A stretch of DNA of 64,000 bases from an uncultured Candidatus Micrarchaeota archaeon (GTDB lineage: Archaea; Micrarchaeota; Micrarchaeia; Burarchaeales; Fermentimicrarchaeaceae), in assembly GCA_963760615.1 (NCBI GenBank), contig CAVXDX010000003.1, positions 19,238-83,237 of the forward strand. Reading direction: 5' to 3'. Numbering within the stretch: the stretch's first letter is position 1; the number at the start of each line of letters is the position of its first letter. The position numbers and the translations under genes were made by a program. The notes under the pieces are model-generated. The model saw only the letters and a program-made list of their open reading frames with translations, searched no databases and was not told the origin of the DNA. Shown here in pieces: positions 44,820 to 55,020 of the stretch.

Positions 44820-47543
44820 TTGAAAGGATTGAATGTGAAAAGGATTGCGGCCTTAGCTGCTGGTGCAGCTATACTGGGAGCAACTCTTGCGTATGCAGGG
44901 GCTGTGACCTATAGCAATACACCCATCATAAGTGCAGATGGGGCACCACAGGTTAAGGTTGTGGTCGGAACGAATGCAGCAGCATCCGACGGTGTTGCAG
45001 CAGCCAACATAGCTGCGTTGATTGGGAACTTGGCTTTCAAGTCCCAGACAATAACGCCAACTGTTGGTGGACTTACCAACCTAGGGTGCACAGTGAGTGG
45101 CGCTGGAGGAACTGGAACATGTGCCGTGAGCAACCAGAAGGTCACATTGGATGTGACTGTCCCTGGTACAGTAGGCGGCGTGTATCCGTTCAACATATAC
45201 ATAAACGACTGGATTGACAAGAAGCTCGAGAACAGACTGGTTGTCGGAGCGGACGACGTCTACAACACACAGGTTGCCTGGTCGCCGTTTGTCTATGACC
45301 CAGCATCTGCCAATCAGATATCGGGTCAGTGGTCCTCCTTCAGGAGGGTAACCGCAACCGACTTCCCGACGCTTCAGTCGCCGTCTGTAACAGACCCCTA
45401 CGCAAACAAGCAATACACCGAGGAGCAGACCCTGTGGTTCCAGGGCCATGGCAAGTACGACTCTTCAAGCAACAAGAAAGCCCTTGTAGCTGAGAAAGTA
45501 AAGGGTGCGTACCAGATTGAGTTCACGCAGGACCAGGCCGGAATTCCGACTGGAACATGCGATGCAACATCAGTAACAAATCTGGATACCCAATTCTCGA
45601 ACAACACCAACAACCAGGGTAACTACAACCTATGCCCTGACAGCGATAAGACGGACAGGCACAGAGTGTCTGTAGGCTTCCTTGGAGACACGTACATAAT
45701 AAGCCAGATGACTCCACCAGCATACCCATACGCAGCAGATTCAACCTGCTCCGGAGTTGCCTTAATAAATGGCAGTGGATACCCATTGGTATCCAGTACA
45801 AGTGAGTGCACTGGTGGTTCAATAGCACTGGCAAAGGAGAGCGCATATGGACATGTGCATGTAGGTGAGAACCTCTCAGCCGGCGCATACACATTGAAGC
45901 TGGTTGATATTGAGGCACCACTAGGAGGCGGAGCAGAGTCCGCAGCTTCAATTGCCATATACGACTCTACCGGGGCGCTGTTGCAAGAGGACAAGGTCCA
46001 ACCCAACGAGCACTATACATGGACGGCCCCAGATGGATCCAAGGTAAGGATCAGGGTCTACAAGACAAACCCAGGTTACTACGCCTATGCAAAGTGGGCT
46101 GAGATGGCTGTATATTCCCAGGAGTTCACCATGAACGATGGGCAGCAGCTGAACACTGACAACCAGAACTGGCAGGTTAGGCTTGTTTGGAGAAACAACC
46201 AACCAACCTACCTAAGCAAGGGCGCTGATGCACTGAGGAAGATAATAATATACGACAACCACTTCCCGCAAACGGCGGACGAGCTGATGTCTGGTGATAC
46301 ATACAACGTAATAACATCACCAGTCGCATTCCAGCTGCAGTTCGGCGGTCTAACGCTAGGAACCTCAGACTACGACACTCTGAGCTTTCAGATATCGCAG
46401 AACTCTGGGTTCACAATACAGACAAACTACGATGCGCAATGCACAGGAACGGGAAGCAGCGTCGGTTACCTCTCGGGTAACTTCCTTGAGGTGCACAGCA
46501 ATGTAGCTGGCGCATTCCAGCTGAGTGGCTCAGAAACATACCAGGTCAGTGACTTCTACATCTACATGGGCAACGGCACTGCAGATAGCAGCAACGCATT
46601 AGTGGCTGTTGATGGAAACGTACTCTTCCAGAAGCCATCAGCAAGCTGCTACTACACGATGGCAACACAGCCAATAATCTCGTACCTGGCAGGGGATGCA
46701 ACAGCAGACGACTCCCTTGTGCAATACACCAACCACACCAACTACACTGCTGGTGGTACGGCATACATGTTGCTCAGGGAATCGGCGTCATCCTCATCCG
46801 GAATTACGGATAGGTGGCTAGTGCCGATATACCTAGACACAACCGACAACAAGGACAAGTTCCTGCTGACCACATCAGCAACAAAAGAGATATACTACCT
46901 AGGAGTGAGCGGTGGGTCGTATATAGACACCAACCTAGCAATAGGCACCACTACAGCCGAGGAAGGCTACTACTCTGAGAGGGGCTCTCAGTTTGCCAGC
47001 ATGGATACAGGCTCCGTTGTATTCAACAGAGCGAGGAAGCTGGGCGAGCTGAAGTTCTTCGTGAAGAGCCAGGGTGCAAACACAACCACAGCAACCACAA
47101 TTGGACCTCTTGGTGTGAATGAGACAGCCAACGTCGGTGGTGGAGTGACCATAAAGGTCGACAGCATCACCTCGACAGTTGGAACCTGCACAGCAGGTCC
47201 AAACGCACAGTGCACAGTGACAGGCCAGAATGGTTTGACAGTGACTGGAGTCCCGGCAACTGCTGACACAAGAGTTGCCCTACCCATCACAACGGACCCA
47301 CTGGTACTGCTTGACAGTCAGGCATCATCCTCTGCTACTTTGATAGTAGTTGGAGGGCCGGTTGTCAACACAGTGGCCGACGATGTGATGAAGAACACTC
47401 CAGGGCTGACACTGGCAAATCCAGGTGACTACATAGCACAAGCAGTCGGCAACAACAGAATCCTGGTTGCAGGATTCAATGGAGTCGACACAACGACCGC
47501 TGCCAACAAATTCATGGCTGACTTGATTGCCGCAGCGCACTAA
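44820..47543 (+). CDS. putative S-layer / major surface glycoprotein
   Basis: 907 aa with signal peptide KRIAALAAGAAILGATLAYA, Thr/Ser/Gly/Asn-rich composition and many N-x-S/T sequons. It has a long AT-rich upstream region with a structured leader, a GGTGA SD plus TTG start, and a strong hairpin terminator downstream. Confidence 0.6.
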   Translation: MKGLNVKRIAALAAGAAILGATLAYAGAVTYSNTPIISADGAPQVKVVVGTNAAASDGVAAANIAALIGNLAFKSQTITPTVGGLTNLGCTVSGAGGTGTCAVSNQKVTLDVTVPGTVGGVYPFNIYINDWIDKKLENRLVVGADDVYNTQVAWSPFVYDPASANQISGQWSSFRRVTATDFPTLQSPSVTDPYANKQYTEEQTLWFQGHGKYDSSSNKKALVAEKVKGAYQIEFTQDQAGIPTGTCDATSVTNLDTQFSNNTNNQGNYNLCPDSDKTDRHRVSVGFLGDTYIISQMTPPAYPYAADSTCSGVALINGSGYPLVSSTSECTGGSIALAKESAYGHVHVGENLSAGAYTLKLVDIEAPLGGGAESAASIAIYDSTGALLQEDKVQPNEHYTWTAPDGSKVRIRVYKTNPGYYAYAKWAEMAVYSQEFTMNDGQQLNTDNQNWQVRLVWRNNQPTYLSKGADALRKIIIYDNHFPQTADELMSGDTYNVITSPVAFQLQFGGLTLGTSDYDTLSFQISQNSGFTIQTNYDAQCTGTGSSVGYLSGNFLEVHSNVAGAFQLSGSETYQVSDFYIYMGNGTADSSNALVAVDGNVLFQKPSASCYYTMATQPIISYLAGDATADDSLVQYTNHTNYTAGGTAYMLLRESASSSSGITDRWLVPIYLDTTDNKDKFLLTTSATKEIYYLGVSGGSYIDTNLAIGTTTAEEGYYSERGSQFASMDTGSVVFNRARKLGELKFFVKSQGANTTTATTIGPLGVNETANVGGGVTIKVDSITSTVGTCTAGPNAQCTVTGQNGLTVTGVPATADTRVALPITTDPLVLLDSQASSSATLIVVGGPVVNTVADDVMKNTPGLTLANPGDYIAQAVGNNRILVAGFNGVDTTTAANKFMADLIAAAH

Positions 47544-47551
47544 GTAGTCTG

Positions 47552-47590
47552 AAAGGGCGCAAGCCCTTTTTTCCTTCTTTTTTATTTTCA
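47552..47590 (+). terminator. hairpin + oligo-T terminator after the S-layer-like gene
   Basis: AAAGGGC-GCAA-GCCCTTT stem-loop, followed immediately by T-rich TTTTTCCTTCTTTTTTATTTT. Confidence 0.55.
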
Positions 47591-47669
47591 TAAATACCAG
47601 CTTAGGCTTTGCCCTTATCACAATTAAGTTTATATATTGGTCTTCCCAATTTCTTAGCGAGGCGATCAG

Positions 47670-49769
47670 ATGAGAAAGGGAATCTTACTTCTGTCTCTGC
47701 TATTGGTAATTTCAATCTCCAAAGCCCAAAACATGACAGACTTCATCACTCCATATCTATATCATGGCGAGAACTATTCAAAAGATGTGCGAGTAGTGAA
47801 TATAGCTCTGTCCTATGGAAACTACTCCCTTGTAACAATAAACAACACATCCACCTTCCTGCTTAATATGAGCGGGGTTGTATCATTTATCGAAGACCAG
47901 GCGCAGGTGTCCTCAATACTCAATGACTACTACAGAGTTTCAGTCTACCCAACAAAAGCTGAACTGGATGACCTGAACTTCTCCTTCAACTCATTTCTCT
48001 CAAGCAGAGGTTCTCTTGAGCTCGAATGCAGGGTACTAACCGGGTTGTCAACCCCCGATGGTTTCCCCCAACAAACATGCACAACAGCTAACAGCTGTGA
48101 GTCCTGCCGCACAGTTCCGGTCTGCCATGACTACCTGGTCCATACCGTGACATCGCCAGACATCATGTCCAGCCCGCTCGCGCAATCAATTATGGCGATG
48201 GAATCCGATTTTGAAATAATAGACAACAACACATTGAACTTTAAAGCGAGCATGGCAAATATGAACTCCGATGTCTCATCCTCCTTAACTGCCATGCAGG
48301 GCAGCCTCAGCTCCATTAAGTCCGCTGTGACTGACCTGGGCGTGCCTCCAGCCTCAAGAATCTTTGAACAGTATGCTGTAACCCACAGCAATGATGCCCT
48401 GGAGTTCTGTAGGGACTTCTATTCGCCATACAATATCACTGCTCTCAATGATGCAGCTAGCAAGGCAGCTGCCCTGAGCTCTCGGGTCCCCACTCAGAGC
48501 ATGATAGCTGGCCAGATTGCATCGGTTATAAACAAAACTGCAGAGAGGAAGCTCAACAGAACCGTCAGGGAGCAGAGAGAGGCGTTTGATGCCAAATATG
48601 CGGTCTGGCTTGTCATAAGGGACAACATTACTGAGAAGGCGAGTGAGCTGCTCCCGCACGTGCGGGATAACCAGACATCCACTAAACTTGCCGAACTTGA
48701 TAACCTGCTCTCACAAATAAGGCAGCTTGGCGATGCACGGCAGTATAGCCAAGCAGACCTGCTCGCCCAGAACTTCTCCCAGAGCGCAAATGCAACAGAT
48801 TCATACATCTCAGGGCTCCTTACATCCTATGATTCTCTTGTAACGGCCAACAGCTCTGCTTCGGATGCGCTTTTCGAGGCGCGCCTGTATGTAGAGCCAG
48901 ACGACTTTGTTACCCTTGATAAGCTGGAAGGGTTCTACACTCGGAAAGCATCTCTTGAATTCACAGTATACAACGAATCTCCAATGCCCATCTCAGAGGT
49001 TAACAATATCACTGACCAGCTTAACAGCATACGGCTGAACGCCAATTCAATAAGAGATGAGAGGGCAAGTGCCAGTTCCCAGCAGGTGGATAACCTCGTG
49101 GCAATCATAGCAAAGCCTGCGGTCTCTTTCTCTCTCAATGTTATAAACTCCTTCCTGCCGCTCTCCTATGCAGACAAGGAGAAGGATGCGACTGCAGTAA
49201 TTGGCGTGCTGCTTGTCGTAGGAGACATCATAATATTCCTCGCAGTCCTGGCGGCATTCTTCTTCCTTGTGCGCTCAAGAAGGATAGAGCTGCATAGATT
49301 GGCTAAAATGCTGTGGGCATTCATATTCGCTTTCTTCCTGCTGCTCCTGGTGCTTGGCTCGCTCACCATCTACAGCGTGGCGGACATGCAGTCCCACCCA
49401 ACAACCTTCGGCCCGTTCCTCTCGGAGTTCAGGAACTCTGCCAGAGTCGGCGTGGTTGCCGAGCTGACAAACCTCAACGGGACGATGAGGGAGAGCATGA
49501 TAAACTGCTCATCAAAAATTGCATCAAAAATGGAGTCCCTCAAAAAGAGCGTAATATACTATAAATTTGATAATGACAGCTGCATTACAGATAACAACAC
49601 CATGAGCCTATCCACCTGCCAGAATTCCCTCGATGCCAACCCAATAGTGATACTGCGAAGCGGAGCGGAGAATAAGGCGACGTTCAACGTGTTCTACACA
49701 AAAAAGGCAGTTTTTGAAGGTGATGAGGAATTCTTCAGGGAATGCGCCATAACAAAGGTGCTCAGCTAG
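47670..49769 (+). CDS. large sequon-rich surface protein with two TM helices and a C-terminal 4-Cys domain
   Basis: Signal peptide MRKGILLLSLLLVISISKA, more than 20 N-x-S/T sequons, and TM helices near residues ~520-585. The C-terminal ~125 aa are paralogous to the next ORF. Confidence 0.55.
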   Translation: MRKGILLLSLLLVISISKAQNMTDFITPYLYHGENYSKDVRVVNIALSYGNYSLVTINNTSTFLLNMSGVVSFIEDQAQVSSILNDYYRVSVYPTKAELDDLNFSFNSFLSSRGSLELECRVLTGLSTPDGFPQQTCTTANSCESCRTVPVCHDYLVHTVTSPDIMSSPLAQSIMAMESDFEIIDNNTLNFKASMANMNSDVSSSLTAMQGSLSSIKSAVTDLGVPPASRIFEQYAVTHSNDALEFCRDFYSPYNITALNDAASKAAALSSRVPTQSMIAGQIASVINKTAERKLNRTVREQREAFDAKYAVWLVIRDNITEKASELLPHVRDNQTSTKLAELDNLLSQIRQLGDARQYSQADLLAQNFSQSANATDSYISGLLTSYDSLVTANSSASDALFEARLYVEPDDFVTLDKLEGFYTRKASLEFTVYNESPMPISEVNNITDQLNSIRLNANSIRDERASASSQQVDNLVAIIAKPAVSFSLNVINSFLPLSYADKEKDATAVIGVLLVVGDIIIFLAVLAAFFFLVRSRRIELHRLAKMLWAFIFAFFLLLLVLGSLTIYSVADMQSHPTTFGPFLSEFRNSARVGVVAELTNLNGTMRESMINCSSKIASKMESLKKSVIYYKFDNDSCITDNNTMSLSTCQNSLDANPIVILRSGAENKATFNVFYTKKAVFEGDEEFFRECAITKVLS

Positions 49770-49776
49770 TGGTTCA

Positions 49777-50229
49777 ATGAAAAAATACATACTTCTTGTA
49801 TTGCTTCTGCTTGTTGTCGCAGCGGGCGTATACCTCCACTTCCAAGGCGAGCAGCCCATAAGCCTGAACGATTTCAAAAAACAGCTCAACGAAAGCGAGA
49901 ACATCTCGGTTGTGACTGATACTCGCTCATCCCCTGCCTCAGGCATCGTTATAAACTGCGGGCTTGCAGTGGTGACAAGGGTAAGCGGTATGGGCAAGAG
50001 CCCTAGATTTTTTGCCTATGAGGGAGAGCTATGCTTCTACTCAGAACCAGGGTCCAGCGCAATCATAAACTCGTCAATAAAGGACTGTGAATCCCTCATT
50101 TCAAACTCAACTGTGTTCTATATACGCTATAACTCTGCAAAAAATTCAACAACTTTCTATAAATCGAGAGCTGTAATGGAAGGAGATGATGACTTCCTGG
50201 CGGACTGCCCAATCTCAAAGATAATCTGA
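49777..50229 (+). CDS. small membrane-anchored protein, paralogue of the C-terminal 4-Cys domain of the preceding gene
   Basis: N-terminal hydrophobic helix, shared INC..C..C..TF..FY..AV(F/M)EGD(D/E)(D/E)F..C.I(S/T)K pattern, 150 aa. Confidence 0.5.
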   Translation: MKKYILLVLLLLVVAAGVYLHFQGEQPISLNDFKKQLNESENISVVTDTRSSPASGIVINCGLAVVTRVSGMGKSPRFFAYEGELCFYSEPGSSAIINSSIKDCESLISNSTVFYIRYNSAKNSTTFYKSRAVMEGDDDFLADCPISKII

Positions 50230-51426
50230 CTATTTGTACCTCAAAAATGCCCCTATCCCCCTGAACCCCTGCAGGAACTGGCTCCCTTCTGCAGTGTCGG
50301 TCGATATCATCTCAACCTTGACATTCTTCGACTCGGCGAGCTCTATGAGCTCATCGGCCAGCTCCCTTTTCTCAACAACCCTCATCTTTCCCCCGCAGGA
50401 GCAGTTCTTTGGCTCACCCACTATGCCTGATTCTCTTCTTCCGCAGTTTGAGCACTCTGCAGTGGACCTCCTCACATCAAGCCCCTCCGAGAGCAGCAGC
50501 GTTTCCACCTTATTGCCCTCAAGAGCAGCCCTCACTTCCTTCTCTCCGTAGGTGGCCAGCCCATCCTTCACTACTTCCTTCAGGAACCTGTCAACCAGCA
50601 GCTTCTCCTTAACTGCCTCCTGCTCTTCAATGAAGGGCTCGGCTTTATCCATCAGCTCCTTTATGCCATACTCCTCGGTATAGCCGGTGTCAACCACCCC
50701 CAGCACTTTGAGCTGGTAGTTGAATGGGCTCATTTTCATGAAGTCCTCCTTTGCAGGGCCCGGACCGCCAACTATTATTCCCTTTAGATTCTTAATGTTT
50801 ACAAACACCTCATCCATTGCCTCCCCAATCCTCTTGTAGTACTTCTCTATGCTCTCCTCTATGAGTCGCTCATACCGACGAGCGCTCTGCCCTCCCTTTC
50901 CATGCAGTTTGGAATGCGCAGTCGAGTTCAGCTTCCTCACTATCCTAGTCTGCTTGCCCTTAAGGACTGCAATTGTGGCTTCCCGCCCGTCCATCACAAC
51001 AAGTCCGTAGGTGTCCTTTGCTTCCAGCATTTCCTCAAGAGGCTCCAGGAAGAAGCTGGAATCGCACCTGTAGAGCTGCACGTGTATCTGTTCAGGTGGC
51101 GATATGGAATACAGCTGTATGTCAGGTCTGCCCTGCTCCTTTGAAACATTCCCGCAGAATATGGCAATCCCGTTCTCTGGCGGTTCTCTGAATATCTTGA
51201 GGTAGTTGATTATCTTCTCAAGTGCGTCAAGCACGTTCTTTCTTGTGCTTTTTGATTTTATGTTAGCCGCTTGTCCGTACTCTGCCTTGAGTTTGTTGCT
51301 TACATCAGCTATGGGGTATTTCGGGGGAATGTAAACAGAGATGAGCTCGGTTCCACTACCCGCAACGTTTCTCAGCTCCCTGAGCTTCTTCTTCATCTCA
51401 TACATTGCTTTGCTCTTCTCCCCCAT
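50230..51426 (-). CDS. prf1: peptide chain release factor aRF1
   Basis: NIKS motif (ANIKSKSTR), GGQ motif (HGKGGQSARR), and a C-terminal CxxC..CxC zinc-ribbon insert. Confidence 0.9.
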   Translation of the reverse strand: MGEKSKAMYEMKKKLRELRNVAGSGTELISVYIPPKYPIADVSNKLKAEYGQAANIKSKSTRKNVLDALEKIINYLKIFREPPENGIAIFCGNVSKEQGRPDIQLYSISPPEQIHVQLYRCDSSFFLEPLEEMLEAKDTYGLVVMDGREATIAVLKGKQTRIVRKLNSTAHSKLHGKGGQSARRYERLIEESIEKYYKRIGEAMDEVFVNIKNLKGIIVGGPGPAKEDFMKMSPFNYQLKVLGVVDTGYTEEYGIKELMDKAEPFIEEQEAVKEKLLVDRFLKEVVKDGLATYGEKEVRAALEGNKVETLLLSEGLDVRRSTAECSNCGRRESGIVGEPKNCSCGGKMRVVEKRELADELIELAESKNVKVEMISTDTAEGSQFLQGFRGIGAFLRYK

Positions 51427-51492
51427 GCGAATACCCTTATTAATCGGAATAGTCTCCCGTGCCTCTATAACAAATTTAATCCTAAGATACGT

Positions 51493-53022
51493 CTAAGCGA
51501 ACTTCACCTCATCCTCAATTCTGACCCTTTTCCTAACTTCAGCAGGCCAGTTCTTCTCCTCAAGACCTTTCTGGGCGAGCAATGCGCATATCCACCTCTC
51601 GAAGCTGCCTCCGCCGCACCCGCTCCACAGCTCACCCTTGCTTGATTTCACGCTGAACGCTTTGGGGTACTTCTCTCCAATCACGCTGATATTCTGGATT
51701 TCAAGCCACTCGCTCTTGCCCCTTTCCCCCCTGTATGGAAGGTATGCTTCAAAATCCACAGTTCCGACACCCTCACCTGCCTTGTCCGCCAGCTTCTTAT
51801 CACCTTCCTGTGCCATCCACCAGGGCACAACAGAATACTTCTTAGTTTCAAGCTCGAGCAGCTCATCAAGTATGAAGGTGAGCTTGTCTTCCACCTCTTT
51901 CTCTATGCTCCTTACCTGTTCAGGCGAGCCTATGAAGAGCGTCTCAGCCCTGTGGAACTCCTCAACTCTAGAAATTCCATGGGTGCCGCCAGCCTCATTC
52001 CTGTAGGTAGGCCCGCTCCAGTCATACAGCTTCAAAGGAAGGGACTCTTCCTTCACAACTTTGCCCTCGAGGAACTGCCAGAATGGCGGGCATTGGGCGT
52101 AGGAGAGAATTCCCACAGGCTCAACCTTCTTCATTATGCCCTCCTTATGAATTTCGCCTGTTATCCGGAAGTAGTCCATTGTATCCTCCCACTCCTTTGG
52201 GCTGCTCACCTTCGGCACCATAACATAATATGCATCAGGGTATATGCTCTTTGCATGGCCTGACTTCTTCGGCACATCCCACGGCTCAAACTTGGGGAAT
52301 ATCATCTCCCTGAAGCCCAAAGGCTCGTACAAGTTCTCCAGCAAAATTCCTCTCAGTGCATTCACAAGCGAAGTGAAATTTCTGCCGTAGACGAACTGTC
52401 CCTTAGAGTGCGTTCTCCTTATCCAGCTGATGCTCTCAAGCTCTGAGCTGGGGTCTTTGTCAAAGAACATCTTTCTGGGCTTGCTCTCCCAGAGAAGCTT
52501 CTTTATCTCCGCCTTGCCCTCGTACTCCTGCCTCTCAGCCTTTTCCGCAACAAGCTCGATTATCCTGTCAACCCCGCCAGCCTCCACAACATCTATTGGC
52601 AGCAAGGGGCTGAACCTGATGTCTGCCTTGTCACCTTTAACCTCTATGCTGTCGACATAAAATGCAATTCTGATTGGCGCTTTCGGCTCCCTGCCAAGCT
52701 CAACTCCCTTCACTTCCAGCCTTTTAACATCAATTTTCCTCACCCCAGCCTTTATTTTTGCCCCCAGGAGATTGAGCTGATTCCTCAGCCTGAGAAGTGC
52801 GTCTGTTGCCCTGACATACCTGCCGCTCGCTATGGACACATTCAACACTTTTCCTTTAACGCTCCATCCCTTGAGCTGTGAAGCCTCGCTCTCCTTGCCC
52901 TTGGGAGCGCCTCTCTTGAAAAGCTCCTTATCCGCGTTAACCAAAACTTCTTCTATCTCTTTCTTTTTGCTTTCGATTTCATTGCTGAACTCAACAGCAG
53001 CTTCAAGCTCGAACAACATCAT
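51493..53022 (-). CDS. serS: seryl-tRNA synthetase, methanogen-type (atypical, zinc-dependent)
   Basis: Colinear with the atypical SerRS as remembered from Methanosarcina barkeri: SGRYVRATDALLRLRNQL, YAQCPPFW, RVEEFHRAE, LWSGCGGGSFERW and AQKGLEEKNWPAEVRKRV. Confidence 0.85.
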   Translation of the reverse strand: MMLFELEAAVEFSNEIESKKKEIEEVLVNADKELFKRGAPKGKESEASQLKGWSVKGKVLNVSIASGRYVRATDALLRLRNQLNLLGAKIKAGVRKIDVKRLEVKGVELGREPKAPIRIAFYVDSIEVKGDKADIRFSPLLPIDVVEAGGVDRIIELVAEKAERQEYEGKAEIKKLLWESKPRKMFFDKDPSSELESISWIRRTHSKGQFVYGRNFTSLVNALRGILLENLYEPLGFREMIFPKFEPWDVPKKSGHAKSIYPDAYYVMVPKVSSPKEWEDTMDYFRITGEIHKEGIMKKVEPVGILSYAQCPPFWQFLEGKVVKEESLPLKLYDWSGPTYRNEAGGTHGISRVEEFHRAETLFIGSPEQVRSIEKEVEDKLTFILDELLELETKKYSVVPWWMAQEGDKKLADKAGEGVGTVDFEAYLPYRGERGKSEWLEIQNISVIGEKYPKAFSVKSSKGELWSGCGGGSFERWICALLAQKGLEEKNWPAEVRKRVRIEDEVKFA

Positions 53023-53103
53023 AACACCTCTTCGAATTCTTTTTTACACAAGGCGTGACATGCTCCCATCTCTGAAGAGCGTGGGGTTCCCCGCTCGCTT
53101 CTG

Positions 53104-53661
53104 CTAATGCCTCAGTATCTCGCTTCTAGCCTGCTCCACCTGCATCCTCGCAACATCCTGTTTTCTCCTGAAATTTGGGATAAGGGAGTTTGAAAACCTA
53201 ATCGGCAGCAGCATTTCATAAAGCTCATCCATCCTTGAGAAGTAGTAATCCGCTTTCTTCCTTTCCCCTCTCTTGAGCTCTTCCAGCATTTCTCTCCTCA
53301 GCTCGCCCACGCAGTCAAGCAGGCCAAGCAGATAAGCCTTGAATGGAACCCCCAACTCCTCGTAGGTTGGGATGTCCTTCCTTGCAATTATTGAGAGCAG
53401 CACCTTTGCCTCGCAGTACTCCTGGTATGCCTGCAGTGCTATGTTGTCAAAGCCCTTCCTGTCTGCCATTTTTTCAACCAGCTTTTCAACAATACCAATC
53501 TGCCTCTCGCCTTCCTTCAGCTCCTTGGAGTGGATGCATTTTATGGCAACCGAGCATCCTCTCACAATCTCCCTGGATATTCTGAGAAGGTCATCCTGCT
53601 CCCTTTCCTCATTTTCAAGAATCTTCACAATCTTCTCTATACTGCTTTCCAGTTTTTTCAT
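53104..53661 (-). CDS. translin-family protein (archaeal COG2178-like)
   Basis: 185-aa all-helical protein with YLLGLLDCVGELRR and an overall translin-like pattern. Confidence 0.55.
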   Translation of the reverse strand: MKKLESSIEKIVKILENEEREQDDLLRISREIVRGCSVAIKCIHSKELKEGERQIGIVEKLVEKMADRKGFDNIALQAYQEYCEAKVLLSIIARKDIPTYEELGVPFKAYLLGLLDCVGELRREMLEELKRGERKKADYYFSRMDELYEMLLPIRFSNSLIPNFRRKQDVARMQVEQARSEILRH

Positions 53662-53706
53662 GAGTAAGTTATATTTATAAAGCTTTTAATATTATACGGT
53701 GATCGC

Positions 53707-54387
53707 TTGAAGATAGTCCTCTCAGTCGGTGGCAGTCTGCTGAATCCAGGCAAACCTGATTTTGATTTCATAAAAAAGCTTGCCTCACTTCTCAAGAAAC
53801 TTAAAACTAAATATCATTTCGCTGTTGTCTGTGGAGGTGGTGTCCCAGCAAGGGAGCAGGCATCCCACATAAGGAAGCTTGGGGGCAGCGAGTTTCTTGC
53901 AGATGAGACGGCAATTCTATGCACAAGGATGAATGCGCTTCTGCTGATGGCTTCGTTGGGAGACGATGCTCACCCCTCTGTAACTGAGAGTTTCAGGGAA
54001 GCGGCTGGTGCTATGAACTCAGGCAGGATAGTTCTCATGGGGGGCACAATACCCGGGATAACCACGGATACTGATGCTGCCCTCCTTGCAGAATGCACTG
54101 GGGCGGTGAGGGTAGTCAATCTCAGCAACGTGGATGGAATCTACACTGCAGACCCAAGAAAGGACAAGGGGGCCAGGAAGCTGAGCCACATGGGTTTCAG
54201 CCAGCTTGTCGAACTCGCGTCTAAGCATGATGAGAGAAAGGCAGGTACGCGGTTCATATTTGACGTTATAGCATGCAAGCTTATTGCCCGTTCTGGGATA
54301 GAGACACATTTTGTCTATGGAAAGAACTTCCATGATGTGCAGAGCGCAATTGAGGGAAAAAGGCATTCTGGTACTGTTGTGAAATAA
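53707..54387 (+). CDS. pyrH: UMP kinase (archaeal type)
   Basis: KIVLSVGGSLL, VVCGGG..AR and GGTIPGITTD blocks of the amino-acid-kinase fold. TTG start. Confidence 0.85.
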   Translation: MKIVLSVGGSLLNPGKPDFDFIKKLASLLKKLKTKYHFAVVCGGGVPAREQASHIRKLGGSEFLADETAILCTRMNALLLMASLGDDAHPSVTESFREAAGAMNSGRIVLMGGTIPGITTDTDAALLAECTGAVRVVNLSNVDGIYTADPRKDKGARKLSHMGFSQLVELASKHDERKAGTRFIFDVIACKLIARSGIETHFVYGKNFHDVQSAIEGKRHSGTVVK

Positions 54388-54480
54388 ATGCTTTTAGAGG
54401 TGAAAAAGGGAAAGATTTAAAAAGGGGGGCTGAAAATAGATTATATCAACAGGTATGTTAACATCAAGAGGTGATTTTGA

Positions 54481-55020
54481 ATGAGAATGAGAAAGGGTCA
54501 AACAGCCATGGAGTACCTTATGACCTACGGGTGGGCAATCTTGATCATAATGGTAGTTCTGGCAGTGCTTTTCTATCTGGGAGTTCTTAACCCACCAATA
54601 CCGGAGCAGTGTGTATTCCCCGCGGGTATCACATGCATTAGCAGCAAGCTTAATACCACAGGTGGCCTAACTCTCATCATAGGACAGGGAACAGGACATC
54701 CAATTCAGGTGACAGGAGTTAACTGCACAATGAACAGCTCAGCTGCGTGGGCGACGGATAATTCTGCTAGCCTCGTCTACAACCCAAATACACTCAATAC
54801 CCCGGTTAACATCACATCAGGAGGCCAGGCGACTGTTGCTCAGATAGCCGGTACAGGAGGCATTGGCTCCGTGGCATGCAAGGATGCAAACGGTAACGTA
54901 ATTGCAGGAGTTGCCGCAGGCTCTGCCTTCAACGGTAAGATATACATAAAATACACTGAAACAGATACCTCAATAACCAGAACCGTAGTGGGCACATTCG
55001 CAAAGAGGTATGAGATCTAG
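54481..55020 (+). CDS. archaeal type IV pilin-like protein (class III signal peptide, DUF361-like), copy 1
   Basis: MR(MR)KGQTAMEYLMTYGWAILIIMVVLAVLFYLG carries the KG/QT..EYL prepilin-peptidase site plus a hydrophobic helix. The second ATG at 54487 corresponds to the start of copy 2. Confidence 0.75.
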   Translation: MRMRKGQTAMEYLMTYGWAILIIMVVLAVLFYLGVLNPPIPEQCVFPAGITCISSKLNTTGGLTLIIGQGTGHPIQVTGVNCTMNSSAAWATDNSASLVYNPNTLNTPVNITSGGQATVAQIAGTGGIGSVACKDANGNVIAGVAAGSAFNGKIYIKYTETDTSITRTVVGTFAKRYEI

